From: Hemiscyllium ocellatum
Taxonomy: Eukaryota
Length of the DNA: 64,000 nt
Assembly: GCF_020745735.1 (NCBI RefSeq)
Contig: NC_083426.1
Span: 44,950,001-45,014,000, forward strand
Direction of reading: 5' to 3'
The notes beneath the pieces are model-generated. The model was not told the DNA's origin. It saw nothing but the letters and a program-made list of their open reading frames with translations, and did no database searches. This document shows, piece after piece, positions 24,103-37,521 of this stretch. Each line of letters begins with the position of its first letter. Positions within the stretch are counted from its first letter, which is position 1. Both the position numbers and the translations under genes were made by a program.

Positions 24103-25685
24103 TTGATTTGATTGATTTGATTTATTATTGTCACATGTACCGAGGTACAGTGAAAACAATTGTTTTGCGCGCCTAACCACACAAGTCATACCTTTCATAA
24201 GTACACCAGAATAACAGAGCAGAGTGTTACAACTACAGAGAAGGTGTAGAGAAAGATCAACGCTAATACGTGATAGGTCTAATATGTTGTTAAGAAAGCA
24301 TATGGTGTTTTGGCTTACATTAACAGGGGGATCGAGTTTAAGAGCCATGGGGTTTTGCTGCAGCTCTACAAGTCCCTGGTGAGGCCACACTTGGAATATT
24401 GTGTCCAGTTCTGGTCACCTTACTATAGAAAAGATGTGGAGGCTTTGGGGAGGCTACAAAGAAGGCTTACCAGGATGCTGCCTGGACTGGAGAGCTTGTC
24501 TAATGAAGAGAGGTTGACTAAGCTTGGACTTTTCCCTCTGGAGAGAAGGAGAAAGAGAGGTGACCTGATCGCAGCAAGGCATGGATAGAGTCAATAGCCA
24601 GAGACTTTTCCACAGACCTGGACTGACCACCACAAGGGGTCATAGTTTTATGGTGTTAGGAGGAATGTATAGAGGAGACATCAGAGATAGCATCTTTCCA
24701 CAGAGAGTTGTGAATACATGAAATGTGTTGCCAGTGATGGTGGTGGAAGCAGAGTCATTAGGGACATTTAAGCAACTGCTGGACATGCACATGGACAGCA
24801 GTGAATTGAGAAGTGCGTAGGTTAGGTTATTTTATTTCAGATTAGGATTAATCCTCGGCACAACATCTTGGGCTAAAGGGCTGTTCTGTGCTGTACTTTT
24901 CTATGTTCTATGTTTATTTCTATTCATAAGTCTGATAACAGCAGGGAAGAAGCTGTTCTTGAATCTGTTGGTACATTTTATATAATTTGCCTGCTGGAAG
25001 AGGGTAGAAGAGTGTATAACCAGAGTGGAAGAGATCTTTGATTACATTAGCTGCTTTCCCGAGACAGTGGGAAGAGGAGATGGAGCCAATGGAAGGAAAT
25101 TTGGTTTTTGTAATGGACTGGGCTGTATTCACAACGCCCTGTAGTTTCTTGCAGTCTTGGGCAGAGCAGTTGGCATACCAAGCTGTTATGCACCTTGATA
25201 GGATGCTTTCTATGGTGCATCAATAAAAAATTTGTAAGAGTCCTGTGGACATGTGGAATTTCCTTAACCTTCTGAGGAAGTAGAGACATTGATATGTTTT
25301 CTAACTGTAGCAACAATGTGGATGGACCCAAAAAATTGCTGGTAACATTTACTCCTAAGAATTTGAAGTTTTCAACCATCTCCATCTCAGCACCATTGCT
25401 ACAGACAGGAGAGTATCCTCAATACTGCTTCCTGAAGTCGATGACCAGCTCCTTCATTTTCCTGACCTTGAGGGCAAGATTGTTGTCTTTATATCATGCT
25501 ACAAAGCTTTCTATTTTCTTCCTGTACGGTGTCTCATCATTGTTTGACATCTGATCAGTTATATTGGTGTCATCAGCAAATTTGTGAATGGAGTTAGAGC
25601 TGATTTTGGCCACACATTTGTGCATATAAGGAATATAGTAAGGGGTTGAGTATACAGCCTTTTAGGCACCAACGCTGAGGATTTT
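24103..25685 (-). mobile_element. Rex1/Babar-like LINE split by a CR1
   Basis: (GATTT)n tail, EMVENFKFLGVNVTSN, LGKAANVIKD, KFADDT near 25570. Confidence 0.8.
24281..24914 (+). mobile_element. CR1 3' fragment
   Basis: LYKSLVRPHLEYCVQFWSPYY; (TTCTATG)n tail. Confidence 0.92.
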
Positions 25686-25904
25686 GTTTTCACCAACTCT
25701 TTACTAAACTGTGATTTTGCCAAGGCTAGAGGGCACCATGATATGCTGAGAGTTTTTGGAAATAAGAGTGTTTTTAATAATTGAATTTTGCTGTATTTAC
25801 TTTCAATGAAACTTCTTTGAACATCACCCAGACTTACTTGGCCTCCTCTTCAGAATCTGCTGACCCTTGTAGCATTTCCAGATCATTAATTACCTCAGCA
25901 AGTG

Positions 25905-26260
25905 GGAGGCATGATCGAGTTGTATAAAATTATGAGGGGCATGGATAGGGTAGTGGCGAAGAATATTTCCCCTTGTGGGAGGGATCAGTGACCAGGGCAG
26001 GTGGATCAGGGGCAGGAGGTTTAGAGGAGATGTGAGGAAAACATTTTGACCCTGAAGGTGCTGGGAATGTGCTTGTAAGGATGGTAGAGACAGAAGCCCT
26101 CATCACATTAAAGAAGTATTTAGATGTACACTTGCAATGCTAAGGGATACATGGCAAAGTGTTGGAATATATGATTAGAATAGTTAGGTGGTTGCATTTG
26201 ACTGGCACAGACTCAATGGGCTGAAGGACTTTTTTCTGTACTGTAGATCTCGACATGTCT
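25905..26260 (+). mobile_element. Old CR1 3' fragment
   Basis: ATAAAATTATGAGGGGCATGGATAGGGTAG. Confidence 0.75.
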
Positions 26261-26375
26261 ACGACTCAAATATTCAAAGCTATTGCAAAATGGGGACATC
26301 ACAGCAACCTTGTACTCATCCAATGCCTGCTCCCTGTCACTCAGCCATTTGCAGCTCCTTATTACTACCCTGCTC

Positions 26376-27469
26376 AAAGGTAGAAGACAGAGGGTGGTGG
26401 ATGAGGGTTGTTTTTCAGACTGGAGGCCTGTGACCAGTGGAGTGCCAAAGGATCGGTGCTGGGTCCCCCACTTTTCATCGTTTATATAAATGATTTGGAT
26501 ATGAACATAGGAGGTAGTAAGTTTGCAGATGACATCAAAATTGGAGATGTAGTCGACAGCAAAGAAGGTTACCTCTGATTACCACGGGAATCTTGATCAG
26601 ATGGGCCAATGGGCTGAGGAGTGGCAGATGGAGTTTAATTTACACAATTGCGAGTGCTGCATTTTGGGAAAAAAAAATCTTAGCAGGACTTATACACTTA
26701 ATGGTAAAGTCCTAGGGAGTGTTGCTGAACAAAAAGACCTTGGAGGGTGGGTTCACAGCTCCTTGAAAGTGGAGTCACAGGTAGATAGGATAGTGAAGAA
26801 GGCATTTGGTATGCTTTCCTTTATTGGTCAGAGTATTGAGTACAGGAGTTGGGAGATCATGTTGCGGCTGTACAGGACATTGGTTAGGTCACTTTTGGAA
26901 TATTGCGTGCAATTCTGGTCTCCTTCCTATCAGAAGAATGTTGTGAAACTTGACAGGGTTCAGAAAAGATTTACAAAGATGTTGCCAGGGTTGGAGGATT
27001 TGAGCTATAGGGAGAGGCTGAACAGGCTGGGGCTGTTTTCCCTGGAGCATCGGAGGCTGAGGGGTGACCTCATAAAGATTTATAAATTCATGAGGGGCAT
27101 GGATATGATAAATAGACAAAGTCTTTTCCCCATGTTGGGGGGTGTGGAGGGGGGGGGGGGTTCGTCCAGAACTAGAGGACATAGGTTTAGAGTGAGAGGG
27201 GAAAGATATAAAAGGGACCAAAGGGGCAACTTTTTCACACAGAGGGTGGTACGTGTATGGAATGAGCTGCCAGAGGAAGTGGTGGAAGCTGGTACAATTG
27301 CAACATTTAAAAGGCATCTGGATGGTATATGAATAGGAATGGTTAAGAGGGATATGGGCCAAGTGATGGCAAATGGTACTAGATTAGGTTGGGATATCTT
27401 GTCAGCATGGACGATTTGGACAGAAGGATCTGTTTCTGTGCTGTACATCTCTATGACTCTCTGACTCTA
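26376..27469 (+). mobile_element. CR1, 5'-truncated
   Basis: 243-aa ORF2 C-terminal ORF (WAEEWQMEFN...FFTQRVVRVWNELP); upstream KFADD; TGACTCT tail. Confidence 0.94.
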
Positions 27470-27683
27470 ACCGCTAACAGGACATAAAACAGAAAATGCC
27501 TGGATAAGCCACTGAACCATTAGATCTCACTGACATTGTCTGGAAAAAAAATCACAGCTTCTCTTCCCTAAACATCATCATATTTAAAAGAGTCGCAAAA
27601 TATTTCATTGTACATGGTCTTAACTGCATTCGGTAAGAATCATTCATGTCTTTCCTTCGCAATGTTCATGAAACACAAACACT

Positions 27684-28992
27684 GGGCTGAGTCTTTTTGG
27701 CTAAGTCCAAGTTTCATTGAGTTTCTTGCTGTGCAGTCTAGCAAGTTTTCATGCCCACCTTACCGGTGATAATCTACCACCCAGCCCATAACATGTCTTG
27801 TGGCGGATTTCTGCCCCATTTCACCACACGCCAATCCCAAAACATTTGACCATTGAATGGATATCCCCTGAAAGACCAGTGTTTCTTGCATCTCTGTTTA
27901 AAAGACATGGTGCCCCCTAATGAGCATTGGAGTTCTGAAGCTGCCTCAATTGGTCAAGGACAGAATTGGAATGCGATAGAGAAGAATAGGTTGCCACCAC
28001 AATTCCTCAGCTAGCAGACCAAGAGGTCCTGGTGGACAGGCTAGCCCACAGGAGGAATACCTTCTTTCAAAAAGACTGGTTGAAGAGTCTGTGCCGCCAG
28101 ACCTTGCCAGTCGGGTCCCAGGTCATCATCTGGATCAGTGCCACCTCCAGGGTGCAGAGAAATAGCCAACTGTGCCACCAAAAAGTCAATAACCTTCTCC
28201 ATTGCCACAGGGTAAGTGCCATGCTCTTCTCTCTGTGATCTCACACATGTTCTATCGCTGCCAAGGCCCTCCCCTCCCACGAATGTTCACACACTGCCAC
28301 TCTCATGATTGCATGCTGTCACCACCAACGCACCAACCCCCATCCCCCGTTCCCTGTATGCCCTCTGCAGTTCCTCCTTAGTCCCTCAGAACACTTTTCC
28401 CCCTTGTGCGCCAGCAGTAATGGCCATGCCACTTGAATAGCGCCTGCCACTAGAATCTAAGTCCCAACAAATGAGTAAGTCCCACTTTGCATTCCACTGC
28501 CACTTCCCCAATATCCCTGCTGTCAGGCTTACTCATGGCACACCACTTCTAACCACTGGTCACAGCACTGTCTTTCTGTTGTGCTTTCAAGCGCTCTGCC
28601 CATGTATCAGAAACATGCCAGGATGGTTACGTGTGGTTGCCAGATGCCACATGCCAACTTTTGTGGAGGAGGGGTGGAAGTAGCTGGTGCCCATGGATCA
28701 TGGCCTGGGCTGTGGTTTGGTTGTCGGTAATATTAAGGTCATTCAAAACAAGCAGTGAATTGAAACCATCAGCTACATGTTGTGATTACCCTTAACAAGT
28801 TGACCTGATGTTGACTATGTTTGATAAGATGTTAGCTTGAATATTAATAAAGCAAGTTTGGTATTGACAAATTATCTAACAAGCAACAATCACCAACTAC
28901 TGACAACTCGTCGCTGTCGAGTGACAATCTTGCTCTGCTGCTTGTGAAAAGCATAAAAGATGGAACGAGTTATTCCAGACTCTAAGATGCGC
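27684..28992 (+). mobile_element. Probable decayed PIF/Harbinger DNA transposon with Myb/SANT remnant
   Basis: ADQEVLVDRLAHRRNTFF...ISATSRVQRNSQLCHQKVNNLL resembles Myb/SANT trihelix domains; GGGCTGAGTCTT left end; right TIR only weakly visible. Confidence 0.5.
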
Positions 28993-29235
28993 CTTACCAC
29001 ATGTGGCTGTCAATGTTGCCTCACCACTCACCCTGGTTCACATCACTCAGACCCCTGTAGGTTCTTCTCTTTGTTTTGTCTACCCTACATTATAGGACTT
29101 CAGAATTATGGTATGTACTTTAACTACCCAGTGTTAAAATAAACCATGATTTCATTATCTACCACAAAATCTAGTTCTGCGGGATATAGGTCAAAGTTGT
29201 ATTTATACAATGGTGATACCTTCCACGTGTGATCC

Positions 29236-29714
29236 GAAGAAAGCATTCTAGCTGGGTACATCACAGCTTTGGTACAGCACCTGTTCTGCCCAGGACTGTA
29301 AGAAACTACCAAGAGTTGTGAACACAGCCCAGTCTATCTCACAAGCCAAACTTTCCATCCATTGATTCCATCTATTCTTCTCACTTCCTCGGAAAGGCAG
29401 CCAACATAATCAAAGACCCCTTCCACCCCAGTTACACTCTCTTCCAAACTCTCCTCTTGGGTAGAAGTTACAAATGCTTAAATACAAGTACCTACAGATT
29501 CAAGAACAGCTTCCTCCCTGCTGTTACTAGACTTCTGAATGGAGCTCCCAAATTTAAAACTTTTTTTTTGTGCACCTTCTCAGCAGCCTTAACATAGTAT
29601 TCTTCGCTCTATTCTATTATCCCAATGCACTTTGTATGGTATGCTCTGCACGCAAAACAGAACGTCTCACTCTACCTAGGTACATGTGACAAGAATAAAT
29701 TAAATCAAATCAAA
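29236..29714 (+). mobile_element. Rex1/Babar-like LINE 3' fragment
   Basis: GGAAAGGCAGCCAACATAATCAAAGAC (GKAANIIKD), RFKNSFLPAV, (AAATC)n tail. Confidence 0.85.
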
Positions 29715-30411
29715 AAGATGTCTCTTGAAGATATATTGAGCCACAGTACAACAGTCAGGACTGTAGTTTATAGATTAGATAGGCTGTAGATTCTCCAAAG
29801 GCGATCATGCGTTAGCTCATCATTAGTGGATAACAAGAACAAAATGAGTTGTAAATGTGTATCGATTAATAATTATGTTCAAAATATCTAACATTCAGGA
29901 TCTTTTAATTCTATTCGGCAACAGTTCCATTTTGTAAATTTTAAATCAATTTTTATTTAAGGTTTCTCTAAACAGTAGAATATTATCGATGCAAAATGTT
30001 CCAACAAAGGGCTTTTAAATACTTGTAGTTTGATTCAATCTTTGACAATTTAAATAATCATGCACTCTTTGTAACTGGTTATACGCTTTTGCTTTGATGT
30101 AATTGTAACGTACGTCATTAAACCTAATCATTAGTGTTAGCCTGATATTTGGCAGATATTTCTATTTACTGAAGTGGTCAAGAGTGTATTATGCACAGTA
30201 TCCATGCTGTTGTTAAATATAGCAGTTGTAAATCTTGTGATGTGCTATCCCAAGACATAGTAAGCATGACACAATCCATCACAGTAAAAACAAATGTAAA
30301 CACATTTATAGAAACCACAATTCATTCCGAGCAGAAAAATACAGAAGAGTTGGCCCAAATTGTAACATTCCACAAATATGCACGTTGGAAGCAAATTACT
30401 GTAGAGACTGA

Positions 30412-30485
30412 AATATAAAACAAACACAGAAAATGCTGGAGAAACTCAGCATCTGCAGAGAGAACAACAGAGTTAACGTTTCAAA
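30412..30485 (-). mobile_element. PLE pLTR tip truncated inside the hammerhead
   Basis: AAATGCTGGAGAAACTCAGC...AGAGTTAACGTTTCA, reading GAAACGTTAACT on the minus strand. Confidence 0.6.
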
Positions 30486-31252
30486 CTAAGAAACAGGCCT
30501 ACATTTTTCGTAGCCATCATTGAGAGGAAAAGCATATGTCAGAAAAATAAATAAGCAAATGCTAGAATTCTGGAAATATAAAATAAGAATGGAAAATGTA
30601 GGACAGGCACAGCAGAGCCAGTCCATCAGTGCCTTGTAATAGAAGAGATTTCTCAGAAGTGACATGTTAAAGCAGATAAATTGTCATTAAACGTGAAGGA
30701 GAAAGAAGGGATCCCAAAATTCAAGAATTCAGAATTTAAATAGGCTGGTTAACTGGAACTGACAGGTTTAATAATCCAAAAACAGGTCTAATTTAAATAT
30801 ATGGCTTCTTAATTTCTCATTTAATGCACAAGAGGGTGCTATTCACCAGCATTTGTAAGATAAGAACAAACGTTGCATGCTGTTTTATGCCACTAGAGAT
30901 AGTAGAAGCAAAGCTATTTATCAAATTGCAATATAAGGCAATAATTTTATTTGCATACCAGCACAAGGCAATGCACGAAGGTTCGAATCAACAGTTGTTT
31001 GAAGGCCATATAGCTCATAGTATCTTTGCCAGCTCTTTGTTGAAACAACTGAAAACAATCCCACAGCCTTCCTTTCTCTCTTCTCAGTCCCATGCCTTCC
31101 TTTGCATTCAAAAGGATTGCAGCTGATTTGACATTCCTCATGTCCACTTCCCTGCCTTGACCCGAAACCTCCTGCATCGAATATTTTCCTTTAAAAGATG
31201 TATGGGTTTGGAGTAAGGGCTTAACTGTGCCTTTCCTCTAGTAATAGCTCAT

Positions 31253-31835
31253 TGTTATGGACCAGGCTACACTCCCTCAAAATACTTTAAGAAGGTAGTT
31301 TAGGCACTAACTCTTTCTTATCCTAAAGGCAGATGTGAAGTGGATATTCCAGGAGTGATGCAATTGGTCAAATCACTCGGCTTCAAGAAAAACAGAATTT
31401 ATTTAAACACTATAGTTCAAACATTAACAAAAGAAAGCAGAATTTAGAATAACTTAATTATTTGAAAACTCACTCAACTTGATACTGCCACTTAATTAAG
31501 GAACCATTTCAATTCACATAAACTTTCCCCTTAGCAAAAGGTAAATTCCAGCACAGGTTCTTACAGGCAGGAGGGATTTCAGAGAGAGAAGGCAGTCAAG
31601 AATCATCTGTTGAAGCATGGAACTTCTTTCCACTGTAGTACCTTCTGCTACAGCTACCGGTAGCTTCTCTGCTATCGTCAAAACAAACTAAAGAAAACCT
31701 GAACTGGGAGAACTGGCCATGCCGCGCTGTTAAACTTGACTCTTTCCGGGACATTTTGGCACCTCTGCCTTTATGATTTCTCCCAAAAAAAAACCCAAGG
31801 ACAAAGCAACCTTGTTAAAGTGAAACATCATCAAA
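31253..31835 (-). mobile_element. Solo LTR, family A
   Basis: TGTTATGGACCAGGC...CATCATCAAA; collinear with the split LTR at 57603-63855. Confidence 0.75.
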
Positions 31836-31957
31836 CTAATGAGTATATGTACAAAGAGCTATGTCATGATGACATAGATCATATGAAACTTGGATCCAAG
31901 TGTGTAGGGGTTCCAGAGATTACCTCTCTTACTCTCTGCTGTATATATAAGGTACCC

Positions 31958-32118
31958 ATGATGTGGAGATGCTGGTGTTGGACTGGGGTGGGAAAAGCTA
32001 AAAATCATACAACACCAGGTTATAGCCCAACAGGCTTATTTGGAAATACTAGCTTTCAGAGCACTGCTCCTTCAACAGCTTCAACAACGTGTTGTTGTGT
32101 GATTTTTAACTTTATACA
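31958..32118. mobile_element. PLE family-2 pLTR with short inverted arm
   Basis: Reverse complement of 47630-47750; degenerate hammerhead at 32048-32078 on the minus strand; inverted arm GTTGTGTGATTTTTAAC. Confidence 0.8.
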
Positions 32119-32585
32119 GGGTCCAGCCAGTTTTCCAGGAATGCATCTCACGACATGGTGGTGAATGGTGACCAGCGCAGAGAAATGGTGGTGAGCAGCA
32201 AGCAAAAACTGACAACAAAGCGAGCAGAAAGCAGTGGATGAGGGACTTAACACAGCAATCAAACTGAAAGGCTTGTAAAAGCCTATCAGGACAGTCCAGC
32301 ACAGCCGAGGAATAAATGAAAATTCATCAATCAAATGAACAACTAATTTTGCTCTGCCTCAAGTGAGAACTTTCCAGAATGTCAAGGACCCCAGAGGGTG
32401 CTGCGCGAGTTAAATAATTGACTTAGAAGGTGAAGGAGCAAATGCATCCTACAGCAGCAACAAAGGAAGTGCATGGAAAAGGCACCAAATGACATTCTGC
32501 AAGCAGAAGGCAGGAACAGTGGTCGCTTTACAACAGGGCATCACTGAAAAAATACAAGTCAATCATATCAAAAAGCAGCACCTTA

Positions 32586-32912
32586 GGTGGCACGGTGGCG
32601 CAGTGGTTAGCACTGCTGCCTCACAGCATCAGAGACCCGGTTCAATTCCTGCCTCAGGCGACTCTTTGTGTGGAGTTTGCACATTCTCCCCGTGTCTGCG
32701 TGGGTTTCCTCTGGGTGCTTCGGTTTCCTCCCACAATCCAAAAATGTGCAGGTTAGGTGAATTGGCCATGCTAAATTGCCCGTAGTGTTAGGTGAAGGGG
32801 TAAATATAGGGGACTGGGTCTGGGTGGGTTGCGCTTCGGCGGGTCGGTGTGGACTTGTTGGGCCGAAGGGCCTGTTTCCACACTGTATGTAATCTAATCT
32901 AATCTAATCTAA
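32586..32912 (+). mobile_element. HE1-type V-SINE
   Basis: A/B boxes, V-domain, (AATCT)4 tail. Confidence 0.95.
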
Positions 32913-33637
32913 ACTAAATCACTTCTCTTCATAAAATCACAGAAAATCAATATTGGCAGCTAACATTGAAGTCAACAGACATCACACAGACATTAAAATA
33001 CACAAAACAGCTAGATTCCATGTTGTGTCAGATGGCTGCCAAAGGTTGTATTGCAGCCTTCATCCCTCAAACCTCAAGGTCTAAAAGGAATTAGCTTCAA
33101 AGTCAAAGATTAACTTCAGGCATTGTTGATACATAAAGAAAAAGATGTCTTAGAAATATTGTATGTTGTCCATACCAGTCATTCACCGCTGCAGGCCTCG
33201 TCAGCCCATCTTTAAGGTGGAAGAAGTCACAAACAGGGATTAACAAAATGAATTTAAAATGAAATTAAGCAACAATGTCCAAATCTCTGTAGAATCTTGG
33301 GCAAACTGAACATGAAATACCAAATCACACTGACAGTAGATTCCAAACAATCTGCTTGTACCTGCTGTGGAGAGTCAAATACCCATTTCAAAAGAGAGTG
33401 TAAACTGAGATTGAGGACATGCTGTAACAGGGAGTTATTTCATCTGCCATACAACTTACCACTTCCTGTTCTGCTCTGGTGTCAGATCCCAAACAGCATG
33501 CCATTTTGTGCCAACTTCTTGTATTTGAACAAGGCAGTTCAGTGACAGCTCCATCCCATGATAGCTGTTGATGAGAGTCCAGCTAGCCAGGCAGCCAAGC
33601 TTCACCAATACCAGATTCCAGCAACTTTCCATTTGAC

Positions 33638-34868
33638 CATAAGAAATAAAAACAGGAGTAGGCTGTTTGCCCTCTCAAACCTGCTCTGCCAATCAACAGG
33701 ATCATGGCTGATCCCAACATTCCTCATGTCCACTTAGCTGTCTTTTTACATAATTCTTGATTCCTCTGCGGCACGGTGGCACAGTGGTTAGCACTGCTGC
33801 CTCACAGCGCCAGAGACCCGGGTTCAATTCCCGCCACAGGCGACTGACTGTGTGGAGTTTGCACGTTCTCCCCGTGTCTGCATTGGTTTCCTCCGGGTGC
33901 TCCGGTTTCCTCCCACAGTCCAAAGATGTGCGGGTCAGGTGAATTGGCCATGCTAAATTGCCCGTAGTGTTAGGTCAGGGGTAAATGTAGGTGTATGGGT
34001 GGGTTGCGCTTCGGCAGGTCGGTGTGGACTTGTTGGGCCGAAGGGCCTGTTTCCACACTGTAAGTAATCTAATCTACTATTCAAGAATCTAGCTCAGCCT
34101 TAAATATACACAAAGACTCCGCCCCCACTGCTTTCTGTGAGAAGTTCCAAAGACTTGCAACCGTCTGAGAGAAAAAATTCCTTTTCAGTCTTAAATTAGT
34201 GTCCCTTTATTCTGAGAGTATGCCTTCTGGTCCAAACTGTCCCATGAGGGGAAACATCCCTTCAGCATTTATCCTGTCAAGCCCTCTAGGAATCCTATTA
34301 TGTTTCAATGATATCATCTCTCATTCTTCTAAACTCCAGTGAGAAAAGTCCCAACCTGTTTATATCCCAACCTGTCCCAACCTTTGCACGTAAGACAATC
34401 TCTCCATACCAGTGATCATCCGAGTGAAGCTTCTCTGAATTGTTTCCCATGAAATGACATGCTCCCTCAAAAAAGGGAACCAAACTAGCTCACAGTACTC
34501 CAGAGGTGGTCTCACCAACACCTTCTACAGTTGCAGTAAGACTTCCCTATCCTTAGAGACCAACTCCCTTTAAGTAACGGCCAACATTGCATTAGCCTTT
34601 GTGATAGAAAGCTAGCACATAGGTGCAGCAGCCAATGTTTCATGTTCAAATACCCACACATCCCGTTGTTTTGCGACTTTCTGCAGTTTTTCTCTATTTA
34701 AATAATAATTTCATTTTGTTCTCCCCTTCCAAACTCCACAGCTTCACATTTTTCCATGTTACACTCCATTTGCCACTTGTTGCCCAGTTATTTTATGAAT
34801 AAATAACTCTCTGTAAACTGTTGTATCCCTTTTGCAACAGGCCTTTCCATCTATTTTTGTGTTGTCCA
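33638..34868 (-). mobile_element. CR1 fragment split by an HE1 SINE
   Basis: CATAAGAAAT tail; RLGLFSLEFRRMRDDIIET. Confidence 0.85.
33768..34075 (+). mobile_element. HE1-type V-SINE, young
   Basis: Near-identical to the reverse complement of 5110-5415. Confidence 0.95.
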
Positions 34869-35183
34869 CTTTCATAACACCCTCTGATCATTATAGTTTT
34901 AGCTATTCATCTATTGCAATTATATCCACACCCAATGGACAATGTCCGACATACTACACATATACTAAATGGATGACAGTCTCATCCATAGATACAGTAA
35001 AGTACCACATGACGTTAGCACAAGGAAAATCTTGGAAATGTTACAAGATAGTGAATTGACATTTAATGACAAGTGTGAATTTTCAAAGTCAGTTATACAA
35101 TTCCTATGCCATGTCATGTAGACTGCAGAGATCATGGCAGATGATGGAAGCCATCTGGGATTTTTGACCACTCTGTACGATGA

Positions 35184-36814
35184 AAACATAAAACATAGAA
35201 CATTACAGCACAATGCAGGCCATTTGACCCTCAATGTTGCACCGACCTGTGAAAAAAACCTGAAGCACATTTAATTTACATTATTCCTTTTTCTCCATAT
35301 GTTTATTCAATAACCATAGGAAGGATGTGGAGTTTTGAAAAGAGTTAAGAGGAGATTTACCAGGATGTTGCCTGGTATGGAGGTAAGGTCTTACGAGGAA
35401 AGGCTGAGGGACTTGAGGCTGTTTTCATTAGAGAGAAGAAGGTTGGGAGGTGGCTTAATAGAGACATATAGGATAATCAGAGGGTTAGATAGGGTGGACA
35501 GTGAGAGTCTTTTTCCTCAAATGGTGATGGCTAGCATGAGCGGACATAGCTTTAAATTGAGGGATGAAGGATATAGGACAGATGGCAGAAGTAGTTTCCT
35601 TACTCAGAGAGTAGTACGGGCGTGGAAGTAGACTCGCCAACTTTAAGGGCATTCAAATGGTCATTGGAGAGGCATATAGATGAGAATGGAATAGTGTAGG
35701 TTAGATGGACTTCAGATTGGTTTCACAGGTTGGCTCAACATCAAGGGCCAATGGGCCTGCACTGTGCTGTAATGTGCTATGTTAAATGCCTTTAAAGTTG
35801 ACAAGTCTATGACTGTTGCAGGGAGTGCGTTCTATGCCCGTACTACTCTGTGAGTAAACAAACTACCTCTGACATCTGTCCAATATCTATCACCCCTCAA
35901 TTTAAAGCTATGTCCCCTTGTGTTAGCCATTACTTTCCGAGGAAAAAGGCTCTCACTGTCCACCCTATCTAACCTTCTGATTATCTTATATGTCTCAATT
36001 AAGTCACCTCTCAACCTTCTTCTCTCTGACAAAGACAGCCTCAAGTCCCTCAGTCTTTCCTCATAAGACCTTCCCTCCATACCAGACACCATCTTAGTAA
36101 ACCTCCTCTGAACCCTTTCCAAAGCTTCCACATCCTTCCTATAATGGGGTGACCAGAACTGTACACAATATTCCAAATGTGGCCACACCAGAGTTTTGTA
36201 CAGCTGCAGCATGACCTCATGGCTCCAAAACTCAATCCCTCTACTAATAAAAGCTATCACACCATATGCCTTCTTAACAATCCTATCAACATGGGTGGAA
36301 ACTTTCATGGATCTATGTACATGGACACCGAGATCTCTCTGCTCACCAACACTGCCAAGAAGCTTATCATTAGCCCAATACTCTAAATTCCTGTTGTTCC
36401 TTCCAAAGTGAATCACCTCACACTTTTCCACATTAAACTCCATTTCCCACCTCTCAGCTCAGGTCTACAGCTGTGTCCCTCTGTAACCTACAACATCATT
36501 CTGCACTATTCAAAACTCCACTGACCTTAGTGATATCCGCAAATTTACTAACCCATCTTCTATGCACTCATCTAGGTCATTTATAAAAAATGATAAACAG
36601 CAGTGGCCCCACAACAGATCCTTGTGGTACTGCACTAGTAACTGAACTCCAGGGTTAACATTTCTCATCAACCATCACCCTCTGTCTTCTTTCAGCTAGT
36701 CAATTTCTGATCCAAACCACTAAATCACCCTCAATCCCATGTCTCCGTATTTTCTGCAAAAGCCTATCATGGGGAACTTTATCAAACGCCTTACTGAAAT
36801 CCATGTACGCTTCA
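35184..36814 (-). mobile_element. CR1, same family as 761-2073
   Basis: 203-aa ORF MEFNVEKCEVIHFGR...; CATAGAACAT tail. Confidence 0.93.
35318..35783 (+). mobile_element. CR1 3' segment nested in antisense within a same-family copy
   Basis: RVKRRFTRMLPGMEVRSYEERLRDL; the host reads TAACCAT then AAATGCC across it. Confidence 0.9.
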
Positions 36815-37521
36815 GCAACCACCATTCCTGATCATCCAGAGGTACAATCGACCCTCCTCAACACCTTCCAGAGTGGTGGAAATCAACAATTCTGACAACT
36901 GGCCAACTATCACCATATAGTTTTCCCAATCGTCTACCTCCTCATATGATTCATCCATGTTACAAGTTTTTTGAGGTACCCTCAAACTGTCAGTAAAGAT
37001 AAGCAAGGTATGCAGTATTAAAATCCTCATGTGAAAGATTTAAGTTTTGTTTTATTTAGTTCTTTACAATTACTGCTGTATTTCATTACAGTGCCTATGC
37101 CTCACACCAACCGGTCCCTCCCTTACTGATACATGGTGCAGAACCATGATCAAGGACAACTGCAAGAAGAATATTACAGGGCAGATCCAGCCTGCACCTT
37201 CAGCCAACGACACACGGTGGGTTCACAGCCCGTGTTGGAAATTGGGAGCAGGGTTGTGGTTCAGGGACCAGCAAGAAGAGAGCACAGTGACTGTGAGGCT
37301 ACTATTGAGGTAGGATAATGCCTGAACCCCAAACAGTATAATCTAATGAAACAAAAGTGGCTAGATTTCACTGAAAAAGAAATCAGTGGCTGAACAGGCT
37401 GATTATCCTGATTCTAAAAGATAACAACACAAGCAGTAATCACAGAAGACTTGAATTACCCTCTCTAAAGGAGCTTGGAATGTATCAGCCATCCACAACC
37501 TCAAAAGATACTCTGGACATT

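Noticed and set aside
26601-27332. 243-aa ORF as a functional gene
   Set aside because: It is the C-terminal part of CR1 ORF2; the upstream RT has stops and frameshifts.
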